Positions 48,206-56,153 of a DNA stretch of 56,153 nucleotides are shown here, one piece after another. This DNA comes from Candidatus Enterousia sp. Its GTDB lineage: Bacteria > Pseudomonadota > Alphaproteobacteria > Rs-D84. The position numbers and the translations under genes are program-made. The stretch covers positions 1 to 56,153 of the forward strand of contig JAZQRR010000018.1 of assembly GCA_045629645.1 (NCBI GenBank), in the 5' to 3' direction. A model generated the notes under the pieces. It did not search any database and was not told where the DNA came from. It saw nothing but the letters and a program-made list of their open reading frames with translations. Positions within the stretch are counted from its first letter, which is position 1. Every line of letters begins with the position of its first letter.

Positions 48206-48281
48206 GGGGTTGTAGCTCAGTTGATAGAGCGCTACGTTCGCATCGTAGAGGTCGTGGGTTTGAGTCCCATCAGCTCCACCA
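48206..48281 (+). tRNA. tRNA-Ala(CGC)
   Basis: GGGGTTG/CAGCTCC (G3:U70), CTACG-TT-CGC-AT-CGTAG, CCA; T-loop is TTTGA rather than TTCGA. Confidence 0.93.
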
Positions 48282-48303
48282 AAAGTTTTGGAATAGAGTC
48301 TTC

Positions 48304-48390
48304 GGGGATATGGCGGAATGGTAGACGCTGAGGACTTAAAATCCTTTGGTCATTGCGACCGTGTGGGTTCGAGTCCCACTATCCCCACCA
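48304..48390 (+). tRNA. tRNA-Leu(TAA)
   Basis: GGGGATA/TATCCCC, AGGA-CT-TAA-AA-TCCT, long variable arm, CCA. Confidence 0.95.
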
Positions 48391-48394
48391 AGAT

Positions 48395-48426
48395 AAAAAA
48401 ACACCAACATTTGTTGGTGTTTTTTT
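48395..48426. terminator. Bidirectional terminator after the tRNA operon
   Basis: AAAAAAACACCAAC-ATTT-GTTGGTGTTTTTTT. Confidence 0.8.
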
Positions 48427-48427
48427 A

Positions 48428-50407
48428 TTAATTAATATCATATTGTGCAGATGTTGTGTGCGATAAAATAACGGACTTCTGTTTTATTTTATTTATGCCA
48501 CCGGTAAATTTTTCTTTTGTGGGTTTGTATCCCAGTTTTTGCAAGTTTTCGTCTGGTACATCATATGTTGTGATAGAACCAGTCTTTTCTAGTTCGTTTT
48601 GTATGTCTTGGATGCGTTGTATCAAAGCCTGTCCATGAGTTGTTTGTGTTGGGTCAGCCTGTTCTTTATTAAAGCTGGTTATGTGGGTCATATTTAAATC
48701 TGGTGCCATAAAATCCATGATTTCGCGCCATTTTTCATCATTGTCATCAATCTTTACGGCTTTTTGCCCAACAATCATGTATCTGGCGACAACAGGATTG
48801 TTTTGTGGTGAAATAATAGTTTCGTCAACGCGCCCCATGATTTTACTAACGTTGATTGTTGCTTTTAGTTGTTTGTTTTTTTCCATTGTTTCAAGTTGTA
48901 TATCTGAAACAAATATGTTTCGTTTGCTGTTTTTAAACACAGTTACAAAACCGACATTGTAACCATTTATATGTAGCAAACGAGTTGTGTTCATCGTCCG
49001 ACCATTAACGCCGCCGTATTCACCACTTGCATAGCTGGAAGCGTATTTTGGATCTGTGCTTCCATATACTATGCCTGTGCGTCCAGGACGCCATGTCGGT
49101 GTTGCGTATGAAGATTTTGGATCGCTGGTTATAAATGTGTGCCCGCGGAAAAGATATTGCGGTTGCTCTTTGTTTGTGGGGTCATAATATTTCATATAAA
49201 ACATATCACGATGTAATGCATCGGGTGATTGTAATTTTTCTTGTATATATTGTGTAATGCGTTCCCTGTTTTCTGCAGTTTTTTTTATCTGTGTTGTTGG
49301 TAATGGGTTTATCTGTGAATATGTTGTTGGTTTTGCAATACCATTAAATTTTGCGCCATGTTCGGCCAGATATTTCATTAGTTCTGTTATATTTTTTCTG
49401 GCTTTTTCTGGTGAATAAAATGGTGTTACTAGTTCCAAACATGGTTCAGCACGGATTGTGCGTGATTGTCTGACGATATATTCATCTGGTTTGTACCCGA
49501 CTTTAAAGCCAGCGTGATTTAATAATTTTGTTAATTCTTCTTGGGTTATATTGGATATTGTTTGGAAAAAAGCCACAGGTTCTGTTAAACCCTGCATGTT
49601 TAATGTCGCAGGTATGTTTTTGCGTAATATGTGGCGATTTTCGTATGAGTTTAAAAAATTTGCAACCTCTTGATGTAAATTGTCAGACAACTTATCGTGT
49701 TGTTGGGTGTATCCTGCTAATTGTTTTTGTTCGATATTTAGTTCTTTTTGTAATCTTTGTTTTTCGTTGTTTATGTTATAAAGGTTTGTTTTGGTATTTG
49801 ATTTTTGCTTTTGTATATAGCGTGAGATACCTGTTTCTAGTTCTGTAAGATCATAGATTTCTAATTTTTTTGCCAGTTCTGCAATCTCGGAATATAACTT
49901 TTCAAATTCTTGGGTGCGAGATTTTGATTGAAATATTTTTGTAAATGTTCCCATGTTGTTTTGCATGTTGCGCAACATTCTGTCGTAATCAAAAAAGTTG
50001 GACAAGATACTGTCAAATTGTTTGTTTGGAAAGAAAGATTTAAGCGTTTCTAATTTTTGTGTAATTTCTGGTTTAACTTTATCTATATCGTTTAAATATT
50101 GTTCGTGATTTTTGTTTATGTCCTGTATTTGTGTATCAAGTTTTGATATTTCTGCGTTTATTGTGTCGATGTTTTGCTGTGTTTGATTAATTTTATTGAA
50201 TAAATCAACAGGATAAGCCGCGTTATGCTGGTTTATAATGCCCTGTATGACACTTTCTGTGTTTATGGTTGGTTGTTTAAGCGATGGATGTACATTATTT
50301 ATCGGGTAATGCAAGTTCTTTTTAATTTGTTGCATTGTGTTTGTGTCAAAAATCAAATAGTTTTTTTGCATGTTTGTATCCATCGTTGTTGATGTGAATT
50401 TTATCAT
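48428..50407 (-). CDS. Hypothetical coiled-coil protein with possible C-terminal ADP-ribosyltransferase-like domain
   Basis: Long coiled coil; YLFRGH...GIVYGSTDPKYASSYA. Confidence 0.65.
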   Translation of the reverse strand: MIKFTSTTMDTNMQKNYLIFDTNTMQQIKKNLHYPINNVHPSLKQPTINTESVIQGIINQHNAAYPVDLFNKINQTQQNIDTINAEISKLDTQIQDINKNHEQYLNDIDKVKPEITQKLETLKSFFPNKQFDSILSNFFDYDRMLRNMQNNMGTFTKIFQSKSRTQEFEKLYSEIAELAKKLEIYDLTELETGISRYIQKQKSNTKTNLYNINNEKQRLQKELNIEQKQLAGYTQQHDKLSDNLHQEVANFLNSYENRHILRKNIPATLNMQGLTEPVAFFQTISNITQEELTKLLNHAGFKVGYKPDEYIVRQSRTIRAEPCLELVTPFYSPEKARKNITELMKYLAEHGAKFNGIAKPTTYSQINPLPTTQIKKTAENRERITQYIQEKLQSPDALHRDMFYMKYYDPTNKEQPQYLFRGHTFITSDPKSSYATPTWRPGRTGIVYGSTDPKYASSYASGEYGGVNGRTMNTTRLLHINGYNVGFVTVFKNSKRNIFVSDIQLETMEKNKQLKATINVSKIMGRVDETIISPQNNPVVARYMIVGQKAVKIDDNDEKWREIMDFMAPDLNMTHITSFNKEQADPTQTTHGQALIQRIQDIQNELEKTGSITTYDVPDENLQKLGYKPTKEKFTGGINKIKQKSVILSHTTSAQYDIN

Positions 50408-50462
50408 ATAATAAAAATGCTTGCAAGGGGTATTGGTTGTTTTATAATATGCTGTGTGGTAT

Positions 50463-50539
50463 GGATGTGTAGCTCAGTTGGTTAGAGCGCTTCGTTCACA
50501 TCGAAGAGGTCGTTGGTTCGAGTCCAATCACATCCACCA
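50463..50539 (+). tRNA. tRNA-Val(CAC)
   Basis: GGATGTG/CACATCC, CTTCG-TT-CAC-AT-CGAAG, GGTTCGAGTCC, CCA. Confidence 0.95.
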
Positions 50540-50614
50540 AAGTTTTTTTTGGTTGATTTGGTTTGTCTTTTTTGATAAAATTTTTTCATATGAATAATAG
50601 GGATATAGGACGAG

Positions 50615-51055
50615 ATGATGCGAACTATAAAAATAGCATTTGGTTTATTTTTGTTATTTTGTGTGCCTGCGTGGGGAACTGTGAAGTGCGTTGCATTGAA
50701 TAGTTCGACTAATTGCACGTTTGTTCAAGCTTTGTCTTCTCAGTCAGATTGGGGTTCTGTGTGTAGCAACATTAATATTAGCGGTGTTTCTATGTGCGGT
50801 TATATGGCAAATAATTGGAACGCGTCTGTCGGATGGGCAACAGAATCTGTACAGTTATCAAGTGATTTGTATAAAAATGATAAATGTTTTTGCAAAATGA
50901 TGTCGCCTGCTGTGTCTCGGTGGGTTTATGCAAAAGACTTTTCTGGGGATGGTGGGGCCGGAAATTGTGCAACGTGGTGCCAAAGTGCATGTGCAGGTAT
51001 CTTGGCGGAAAATTCGGCATTGCGATCTGGTATGTTTGGGGTGCTGTATGAATAG
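50615..51055 (+). CDS. Small secreted Cys-rich protein (CxC family)
   Basis: Signal peptide; VKCVALNS.T.C...W...C..I.ISGV..CG...CFCKMMSPAVSRWVY...CATWCQSACA. Confidence 0.82.
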   Translation: MMRTIKIAFGLFLLFCVPAWGTVKCVALNSSTNCTFVQALSSQSDWGSVCSNINISGVSMCGYMANNWNASVGWATESVQLSSDLYKNDKCFCKMMSPAVSRWVYAKDFSGDGGAGNCATWCQSACAGILAENSALRSGMFGVLYE

Positions 51056-51099
51056 TGTTGACACATATGCGCGTGTTGTGTAAAATATAGGTATAGGAA

Positions 51100-51552
51100 G
51101 TGAGAAAAATGTTGTTTCATAAATTTAAATATTTGTTTTTAGCGGTCTTTTTAGCAAGTGGGGCCGCATACGCTTCTGTGCGTTGTGTGGCTTTGGATTC
51201 AAATACTACATGTACTGCATACAGTGCAAATGGGGGCAGTTCTGTTTGGTCTGCTACATGCGGTGGTATTCAAATTTCTGGGGTTTATCAATGTGGTAAA
51301 ATTTCTGGTGTAAGTGCAGGATATACAGTAGAGTCTTTTAGTGTTGATGGTAATACAGGTCATAATACGGCTTGTTTTTGTAAAATGGTTGCGCCTGTTG
51401 CATCAAAGTGGGTTTTTAAACAGATACACAGCAGTGGCGCAGGCGATTGTGCTTATTGGTGTCAAAGCGCATGTGCAGGAAGTTTGGTAGATGCAAGTAA
51501 TGCAGATAATCTTAAGTTTCGTAAGGCGTTATTAGGGAGTATAGGACAATGA
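51100..51552 (+). CDS. Small secreted Cys-rich protein (CxC family), tandem paralog of 50615
   Basis: VRCVALDS.T.C...CFCKMVAPVASKWVF...CAYWCQSACA...FRKALL. Confidence 0.82.
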   Translation: MRKMLFHKFKYLFLAVFLASGAAYASVRCVALDSNTTCTAYSANGGSSVWSATCGGIQISGVYQCGKISGVSAGYTVESFSVDGNTGHNTACFCKMVAPVASKWVFKQIHSSGAGDCAYWCQSACAGSLVDASNADNLKFRKALLGSIGQ

Positions 51553-51956
51553 AGAAATTACTTTTGTCTTTGTCGGTAGTGATGTTATCTGTTGATGCTG
51601 TTGGTGCTGCGTCGTGCCCAAGTGGTTATACCGCGGTAGAAGAGAAAAGTATCATTGTTAGTTTGAACAATTCTTGTCCATCAGGATATTCTGTTGTTGG
51701 TACCAATGTGGCAAATTGTAATTATAATTCAGTGAATAATTGTATGTTTTATACTGATTATTGCAAGGGTGGAATAACAAAGTTAAAAACGGGTACTGGC
51801 AAGTCTTATAATATATATGATACCAAAGAGACAAAACCTGCATTGGCGTTTAAAACCTCTTCTGGACAGGTATGTTATAGCAAATTGGCCAGTGGCAAGT
51901 CATCTGGGGATGTTAACATCTTTTATAATGGCGCATATTATCATGTAACAGATTAA
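51549..51956 (+). CDS. Small secreted protein: CPSGY repeats plus the shared C-terminal domain
   Basis: Signal peptide; SCPSGY twice; LKTGTG..YNIY..K.TKPALAF.....VCY..L.......VNI.YNG.YYHV. Confidence 0.8.
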   Translation: MKKLLLSLSVVMLSVDAVGAASCPSGYTAVEEKSIIVSLNNSCPSGYSVVGTNVANCNYNSVNNCMFYTDYCKGGITKLKTGTGKSYNIYDTKETKPALAFKTSSGQVCYSKLASGKSSGDVNIFYNGAYYHVTD

Positions 51957-51975
51957 AATATTGGGAGAGTGAATA

Positions 51976-52260
51976 ATGAAAGTAAAAAATTTGTTTGTTG
52001 TTTTTTCAATGTTTGTTATGTTCTGTGTTGCGGCCACCGCAGCAGAGGTTTCTAGTGTTAAATATGTTGATGATAATTTTAATAGAACGACGGATGCGGC
52101 AAATTTGACATCTGGTACGGTCAATATAAATCGTTTGCCAGTTGGAAAAACATCTTCAACTGTTGCGTCGGGTGCCGATACCAGATTTGATACTGTTTCG
52201 GTTGGACAACCTTCGACAACGGCGCCATCCGGTCGAACATTGATATGGGTTGAACAATAA
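51976..52260 (+). CDS. Small secreted protein with tail-fibre-like motif
   Basis: Signal peptide; SVKYVD, DAANLTSGTV...RLPVG....TVASG.DTRF, C-terminal P....PSGR.LIWVE. Confidence 0.7.
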   Translation: MKVKNLFVVFSMFVMFCVAATAAEVSSVKYVDDNFNRTTDAANLTSGTVNINRLPVGKTSSTVASGADTRFDTVSVGQPSTTAPSGRTLIWVEQ

Positions 52261-52261
52261 T

Positions 52262-52288
52262 AAAAAAACCGCAAATTGCGGTTTTTTT
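52262..52288. terminator. Bidirectional terminator
   Basis: AAAAAAACCGCAA-A-TTGCGGTTTTTTT. Confidence 0.8.
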
Positions 52289-52604
52289 ATCTTAATCCTT
52301 TGGCACGACAACATGCAGATGCTGCGGCCTTCCAATCAGAGTACTGGGCAGAAGGGTTACGCAAGTCACGCCATGGTTGCCATCCGCTGCAACGTTTTGC
52401 AGTACCTGTGCCTGTGCATTTCGCATAGCGACGCAATGAACATGTTTGATTTGATAACTTACCTGTATCGGTTGTACATTTTACAACAACATTTTGATTT
52501 TTTGCATCGTTCTTGCCCAATTCTTTGGAAGATAATACCTGATACGCGTTCGCTGTACATATTGTAGAAAATACAATCGCCACTGTCAGAATTATTTTTC
52601 TCAT
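52287..52604 (-). CDS. Small secreted basic Cys-containing protein
   Basis: Signal peptide ending ANA; six Cys in the mature region, C-terminal AAS.CCR. Confidence 0.7.
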   Translation of the reverse strand: MRKIILTVAIVFSTICTANAYQVLSSKELGKNDAKNQNVVVKCTTDTGKLSNQTCSLRRYAKCTGTGTAKRCSGWQPWRDLRNPSAQYSDWKAAASACCRAKGLR

Positions 52605-52679
52605 CGCTCTACCCCTTGTTGTTCATGTTATAATTATATGAAATTTAATACAGAAAAACAATAAGAATTAATATCTGTA

Positions 52680-53720
52680 TCAACGTATAATCGGTTGTGT
52701 CGTTTCTGTGTGACACCCGTTTTCGCGGGTCAGACGAACACTTTCCATCCAGCCCTTTAAAAACTTTTTATTATTTTTTTTGTTTGATACTTCTATATAG
52801 AACTGTTGTTGTGCGTCCATATAATCATTATGTAAATCCCCAGGGTATTGTTGTATGGCGGTAATTATCCTGTCGTCAATGGTTGTTTGCTCTGGAATCC
52901 CCAGTACGCGGCACAGGCGGCGAATGCTGACCGCAGTGCCTGCATTCCACCCCAACATAAATACGTCGCCACGTATATAGTCGGGCAGTTTGTCCAAGCC
53001 GTATTGTGTATAGTATTTTTGATATGCTATATTTTCAGCGTCAGCGCGGGTAATATTGCGCACATTTACATCGGGATTGTTTTTCTGGGATATGCCATAG
53101 CATGTATATCCACCAGAATCGTCAGGGTCATTTACACAATCGCCTTCTTTGCGAAACGTTGTTATTATTGCTTTTTCAAAGGCTGGGTCAATGCTGGCGT
53201 ATTTGCCGGTGCTTAATATTTTGTTAGGAAACCAGTTGCTGCGTTGTGGCTGGGTGCATGGTTTGTTAAATGAATTCTTGCTTGCAATTACTGCATTGCC
53301 ATTGCTGTCGTATCCAACGATTCGTTCTGTTGTAATTGTGGTGGTTTGTGTTGGACGGTTGGCACTGGCGATAATTGCTGCTTCTTGTCCCATGGTTTGT
53401 GGGCAACGTTCGGCATCCAGTGGGTATTTCGCGCAGTATTCAGTTATAGACATATTTGCCAAATCTTGTTTATATTTTGCGTTGGCTATTTTAACCATAC
53501 TGTCCAGATACTCTTGTTCTGTTTGTATTTTCAAGGTATCGTATGCACGTTTGTCTTTGTATGGCATAAAACCAACGCGTTCGTTTTCCATACGTTCTGT
53601 AAATGTTGTTGTTTCCGTAACCGTTTTTGGAAATGATACAGGTTGCAAGAAAGATGCAACACAGTGCACTGGTGTCATAAGTATATAAAATAATAAAATA
53701 TAAACCCCTGCCCTAGTCAT
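52680..53720 (-). CDS. Secreted protein with C-terminal glycoside hydrolase family 108 (lysozyme-like) and PG-binding region
   Basis: KEGD..NDPDDSGG.T.YGIS, IT...A..I....Y, F..GWN.G, KKFLKGW. Confidence 0.85.
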   Translation of the reverse strand: MTRAGVYILLFYILMTPVHCVASFLQPVSFPKTVTETTTFTERMENERVGFMPYKDKRAYDTLKIQTEQEYLDSMVKIANAKYKQDLANMSITEYCAKYPLDAERCPQTMGQEAAIIASANRPTQTTTITTERIVGYDSNGNAVIASKNSFNKPCTQPQRSNWFPNKILSTGKYASIDPAFEKAIITTFRKEGDCVNDPDDSGGYTCYGISQKNNPDVNVRNITRADAENIAYQKYYTQYGLDKLPDYIRGDVFMLGWNAGTAVSIRRLCRVLGIPEQTTIDDRIITAIQQYPGDLHNDYMDAQQQFYIEVSNKKNNKKFLKGWMESVRLTRENGCHTETTQPIIR

Positions 53721-55401
53721 GCGTTGTCCATGGTGTATCGTTCATTATCAGATAATATATTTCAGGATTGCTGCTATCTGGATTACGTAATATTGGGCGC
53801 ACAACATAAATATCGATATTACAAGGGGATGAGGTGTCGTCTTGGATGTCTAATAAGTCTTCGTGGAATTTGGCAGCAAAATCCATTGCTTGTAAATATG
53901 CAGCGTCATCGTCCGCAGGGCTTTGTGAATCGCCATACCACATTAACCACATACCATAGTTTATTGTGTCTTCTTGACCTTGGATATCGTCGGCAGATAA
54001 TAATAACAGCGGTTTAAAATCAATATTGTTGGTGAATTCACCGGTGCTGGTTTCTGTAAAATTATACATGGCTCCGCCAATGGATTGTAATGCGCCATAT
54101 ATTGCCCCAGTTGCCATTTGTGCCTTGGCCAATACACCAGCGGCTTTTAATGTTTGATGAAAAAGATAATCGCGAACGCGTGTGGACAGTTTGCTGGCTT
54201 TGCCCAGTTTTGCGCCACGTTTAATCAATCTGTTTCCGGTTGTTACGGCTTTTAATGTTTTTATTGTTGCGCGTGTGGCACGAACACCGCGAACTGCGAC
54301 GTTGCCACGTTTCGGGATTTTTCTGAATTCGGCGCCTTTTAATGTATGACGATATGAATTTAAATCAGAAAATGTTTTTGATGTATCACGGTATTTTTTT
54401 ACATCATCGGTGTTTTCCAATGTTTTTACTGTGTCTTGTATTTTTTCCAGTTCTTTTGTTTTTTCTGCGTATTTTTTAGCGTCTGCAACCTTGTCGATTG
54501 TCTTTAATTCTTCGGTTAGTCTTTTGGCTTGGCCGGTATATTTTATGTAATCACGAACAGAATCTGTTGCGCGTAATGTTTTCAGGGTGTTACGCATTCC
54601 GTTTAATGCACGCAGGGAACGAGCCCCCTTGACAGCGGCAGATGCAATTGCGCCAGAACCAAATGTTACAACTGTAATAACAACATCCAATGCAATTTCT
54701 GCGTATCCGATCCATTCCAAGTTAATGTCGCCGGCAACATAGTAATCGTTTGTGTCGCCTTCGACTCCGACTGTATTGTGAACAGCGCGATTTATTGCGC
54801 AATGGTCTTCGGCAAGTGCGCTGCGACTGGTGCAATTTAATCCGCTGGGGTATAATTTGTCGATATTGTCATTAATGTATTTTACAGATATTGTGTTATT
54901 TTTATCAGGACCAACAAATTGATTTAATGTGCCAGATTCCACAACCATAATTCCATACCATGCGGGATCAGTGTTTGTCCAAACAGTATCGTCATTTTGT
55001 GCGCCAACACGTGGGTTTGGATTGTCAGATGGCAGGCCACGTTTTTCTGATATTGTTAAACGCTGGGTTAGTATTTTTGGCTGGGTTTCATAATTTAAAT
55101 TAATTTCGCGACCATTTGGAAACGTAAATTGTATTGGTGAAAAAGTTATTGTGTCTTCTGGTGATAAAGATGAGATTTCAGGACAATTTAAAACACGGGT
55201 TAAAACATCTTTGTCAGACAGAACGGAATAAATCCATTGTTTTACAGCTTCTTCGGATGCATTTTCGTCTATTTCAGGTGCAGACTGTGCGATTTCTGTG
55301 GCGATAACAGCGCTGGCACACGGCGTCCCAGCAGAATCTGCAAAAGCTGTATTTACCAATAGTATGCAAATTGTAAAAACATATAAGATTATTTTTTTCA
55401 T
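53713..55401 (-). CDS. Secreted hypothetical protein with central hydrophobic hairpin and basic coiled coil
   Basis: Signal peptide; IALDVVITVVTFGSGAIASAAVKGA; Lys/Arg-rich coiled coil; acidic terminal domains. Confidence 0.78.
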   Translation of the reverse strand: MKKIILYVFTICILLVNTAFADSAGTPCASAVIATEIAQSAPEIDENASEEAVKQWIYSVLSDKDVLTRVLNCPEISSLSPEDTITFSPIQFTFPNGREINLNYETQPKILTQRLTISEKRGLPSDNPNPRVGAQNDDTVWTNTDPAWYGIMVVESGTLNQFVGPDKNNTISVKYINDNIDKLYPSGLNCTSRSALAEDHCAINRAVHNTVGVEGDTNDYYVAGDINLEWIGYAEIALDVVITVVTFGSGAIASAAVKGARSLRALNGMRNTLKTLRATDSVRDYIKYTGQAKRLTEELKTIDKVADAKKYAEKTKELEKIQDTVKTLENTDDVKKYRDTSKTFSDLNSYRHTLKGAEFRKIPKRGNVAVRGVRATRATIKTLKAVTTGNRLIKRGAKLGKASKLSTRVRDYLFHQTLKAAGVLAKAQMATGAIYGALQSIGGAMYNFTETSTGEFTNNIDFKPLLLLSADDIQGQEDTINYGMWLMWYGDSQSPADDDAAYLQAMDFAAKFHEDLLDIQDDTSSPCNIDIYVVRPILRNPDSSNPEIYYLIMNDTPWTTHD

Positions 55402-56153
55402 TACAACAAAGAATCACATTGTGTTTTAAGTTCTAGAATAGCTGCTTCTATTTGTTGTTGGATTTTTATGTATCTTTCTTGTTCAGTTGGTTCCTGAGCA
55501 ATTGGAGTAATTGGAGTAGTAGGGGTTGTTGTTGACGGAGGCTCTTCTCTTGGAATTTCTTGCCATGTGTAACAAAAATTCTCTGTGTCTGCATGATACA
55601 TCAACTCAACATTTTTTGGGGGGGTGCCATTACAATATCTTGGTTTACATTCCTTTTCCCATTCGTCGTCTTTGAATAAACCATCCCACCAGCTGGCTTC
55701 TGTTGCACTATTTCCTTGTAAACAACGGCGTGTTCCTGGGGCTAGAACAGTAAGTTGGCCATTTTTTTCTGTGCCACAAAACATATAGTCTCCAATTTTG
55801 GCTTGACGCTCCCCTGTATTATATACAGTATTACAACATGTAAATTTACCCGTTACAGGGTCGGTTAAACAATCAGTTTCTGAAAATATTTGACTGCCTG
55901 CTATAACTCCACCTATTATAGCGCCACCAGCAATCCCCCAACCTCCAAACATGCTACCGGCCATTGCACCACCAGCAGCTCCTTGGAGTATATCTGATAT
56001 ACCGTGTTGTTGAGTGCCCATAACAGAACCTGCCACCGCTATTGCGCCAGATGCTGCAACAATTTTACTGCCAACACTTGCATTTTTTATCGTATTTTTG
56101 ACTCCAGATATTTTTGACTTTATTTTAGATTGCGGTTGAGTCTGAGGCTTTGG
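55401..56153 (-). CDS. Partial CDS (frame open to the window edge) with glycine zipper and Cys-rich C-terminal part
   Basis: No stop upstream of 56036 (PKPQTQPQSKIKSK...); GAAGGAMAGSMFGGWGIAGGAIIGG. Confidence 0.75.
   Translation of the reverse strand, partial: PKPQTQPQSKIKSKISGVKNTIKNASVGSKIVAASGAIAVAGSVMGTQQHGISDILQGAAGGAMAGSMFGGWGIAGGAIIGGVIAGSQIFSETDCLTDPVTGKFTCCNTVYNTGERQAKIGDYMFCGTEKNGQLTVLAPGTRRCLQGNSATEASWWDGLFKDDEWEKECKPRYCNGTPPKNVELMYHADTENFCYTWQEIPREEPPSTTTPTTPITPIAQEPTEQERYIKIQQQIEAAILELKTQCDSLL

Noticed and set aside
48106..50539. tRNA-anchored integrative island around the 659-aa gene
   Set aside because: No integrase and no duplicated tRNA 3' end seen

Overview
Chromosomal segment of a low-GC, streamlined diderm bacterium. 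The genes (lpxA/lpxB, bamD, murJ, rodZ, bactofilin-M23, uvrA, hisS-prfA, leuS, tkt) look alphaproteobacterial. The many lineage-specific Cys-rich secreted proteins suggest the uncultured gut order Rs-D84 ('Ca. Enterousia'), which is an inference. The main finding is an apparently complete ~4.73 kb Microviridae prophage (19271-24029) with Rep, major capsid, DNA pilot, a scaffold-like protein, an Arg-rich peptide and three unannotated small ORFs. It has no integrase and lies between two dif-like XerC/D sites. A third, inverted dif-like copy sits just inside the left end, so the excised ssDNA could fold into a CTXphi-style hairpin attP. Other notable items: a GIY-YIG nuclease gene bracketed by REP-like palindromes, a stand-alone SRP54/Ffh M-domain gene, a His-rich leader peptide upstream of hisS, a 6S-like RNA and four tRNAs. 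There are also several paralogous families of Cys-rich secreted proteins sharing C-terminal motifs, one with an (AAAC)13 phase-variation tract. An ART-like protein and a GH108 lysozyme/glycine-zipper operon complete the list. All calls come from motif recognition by eye; no searches were run.
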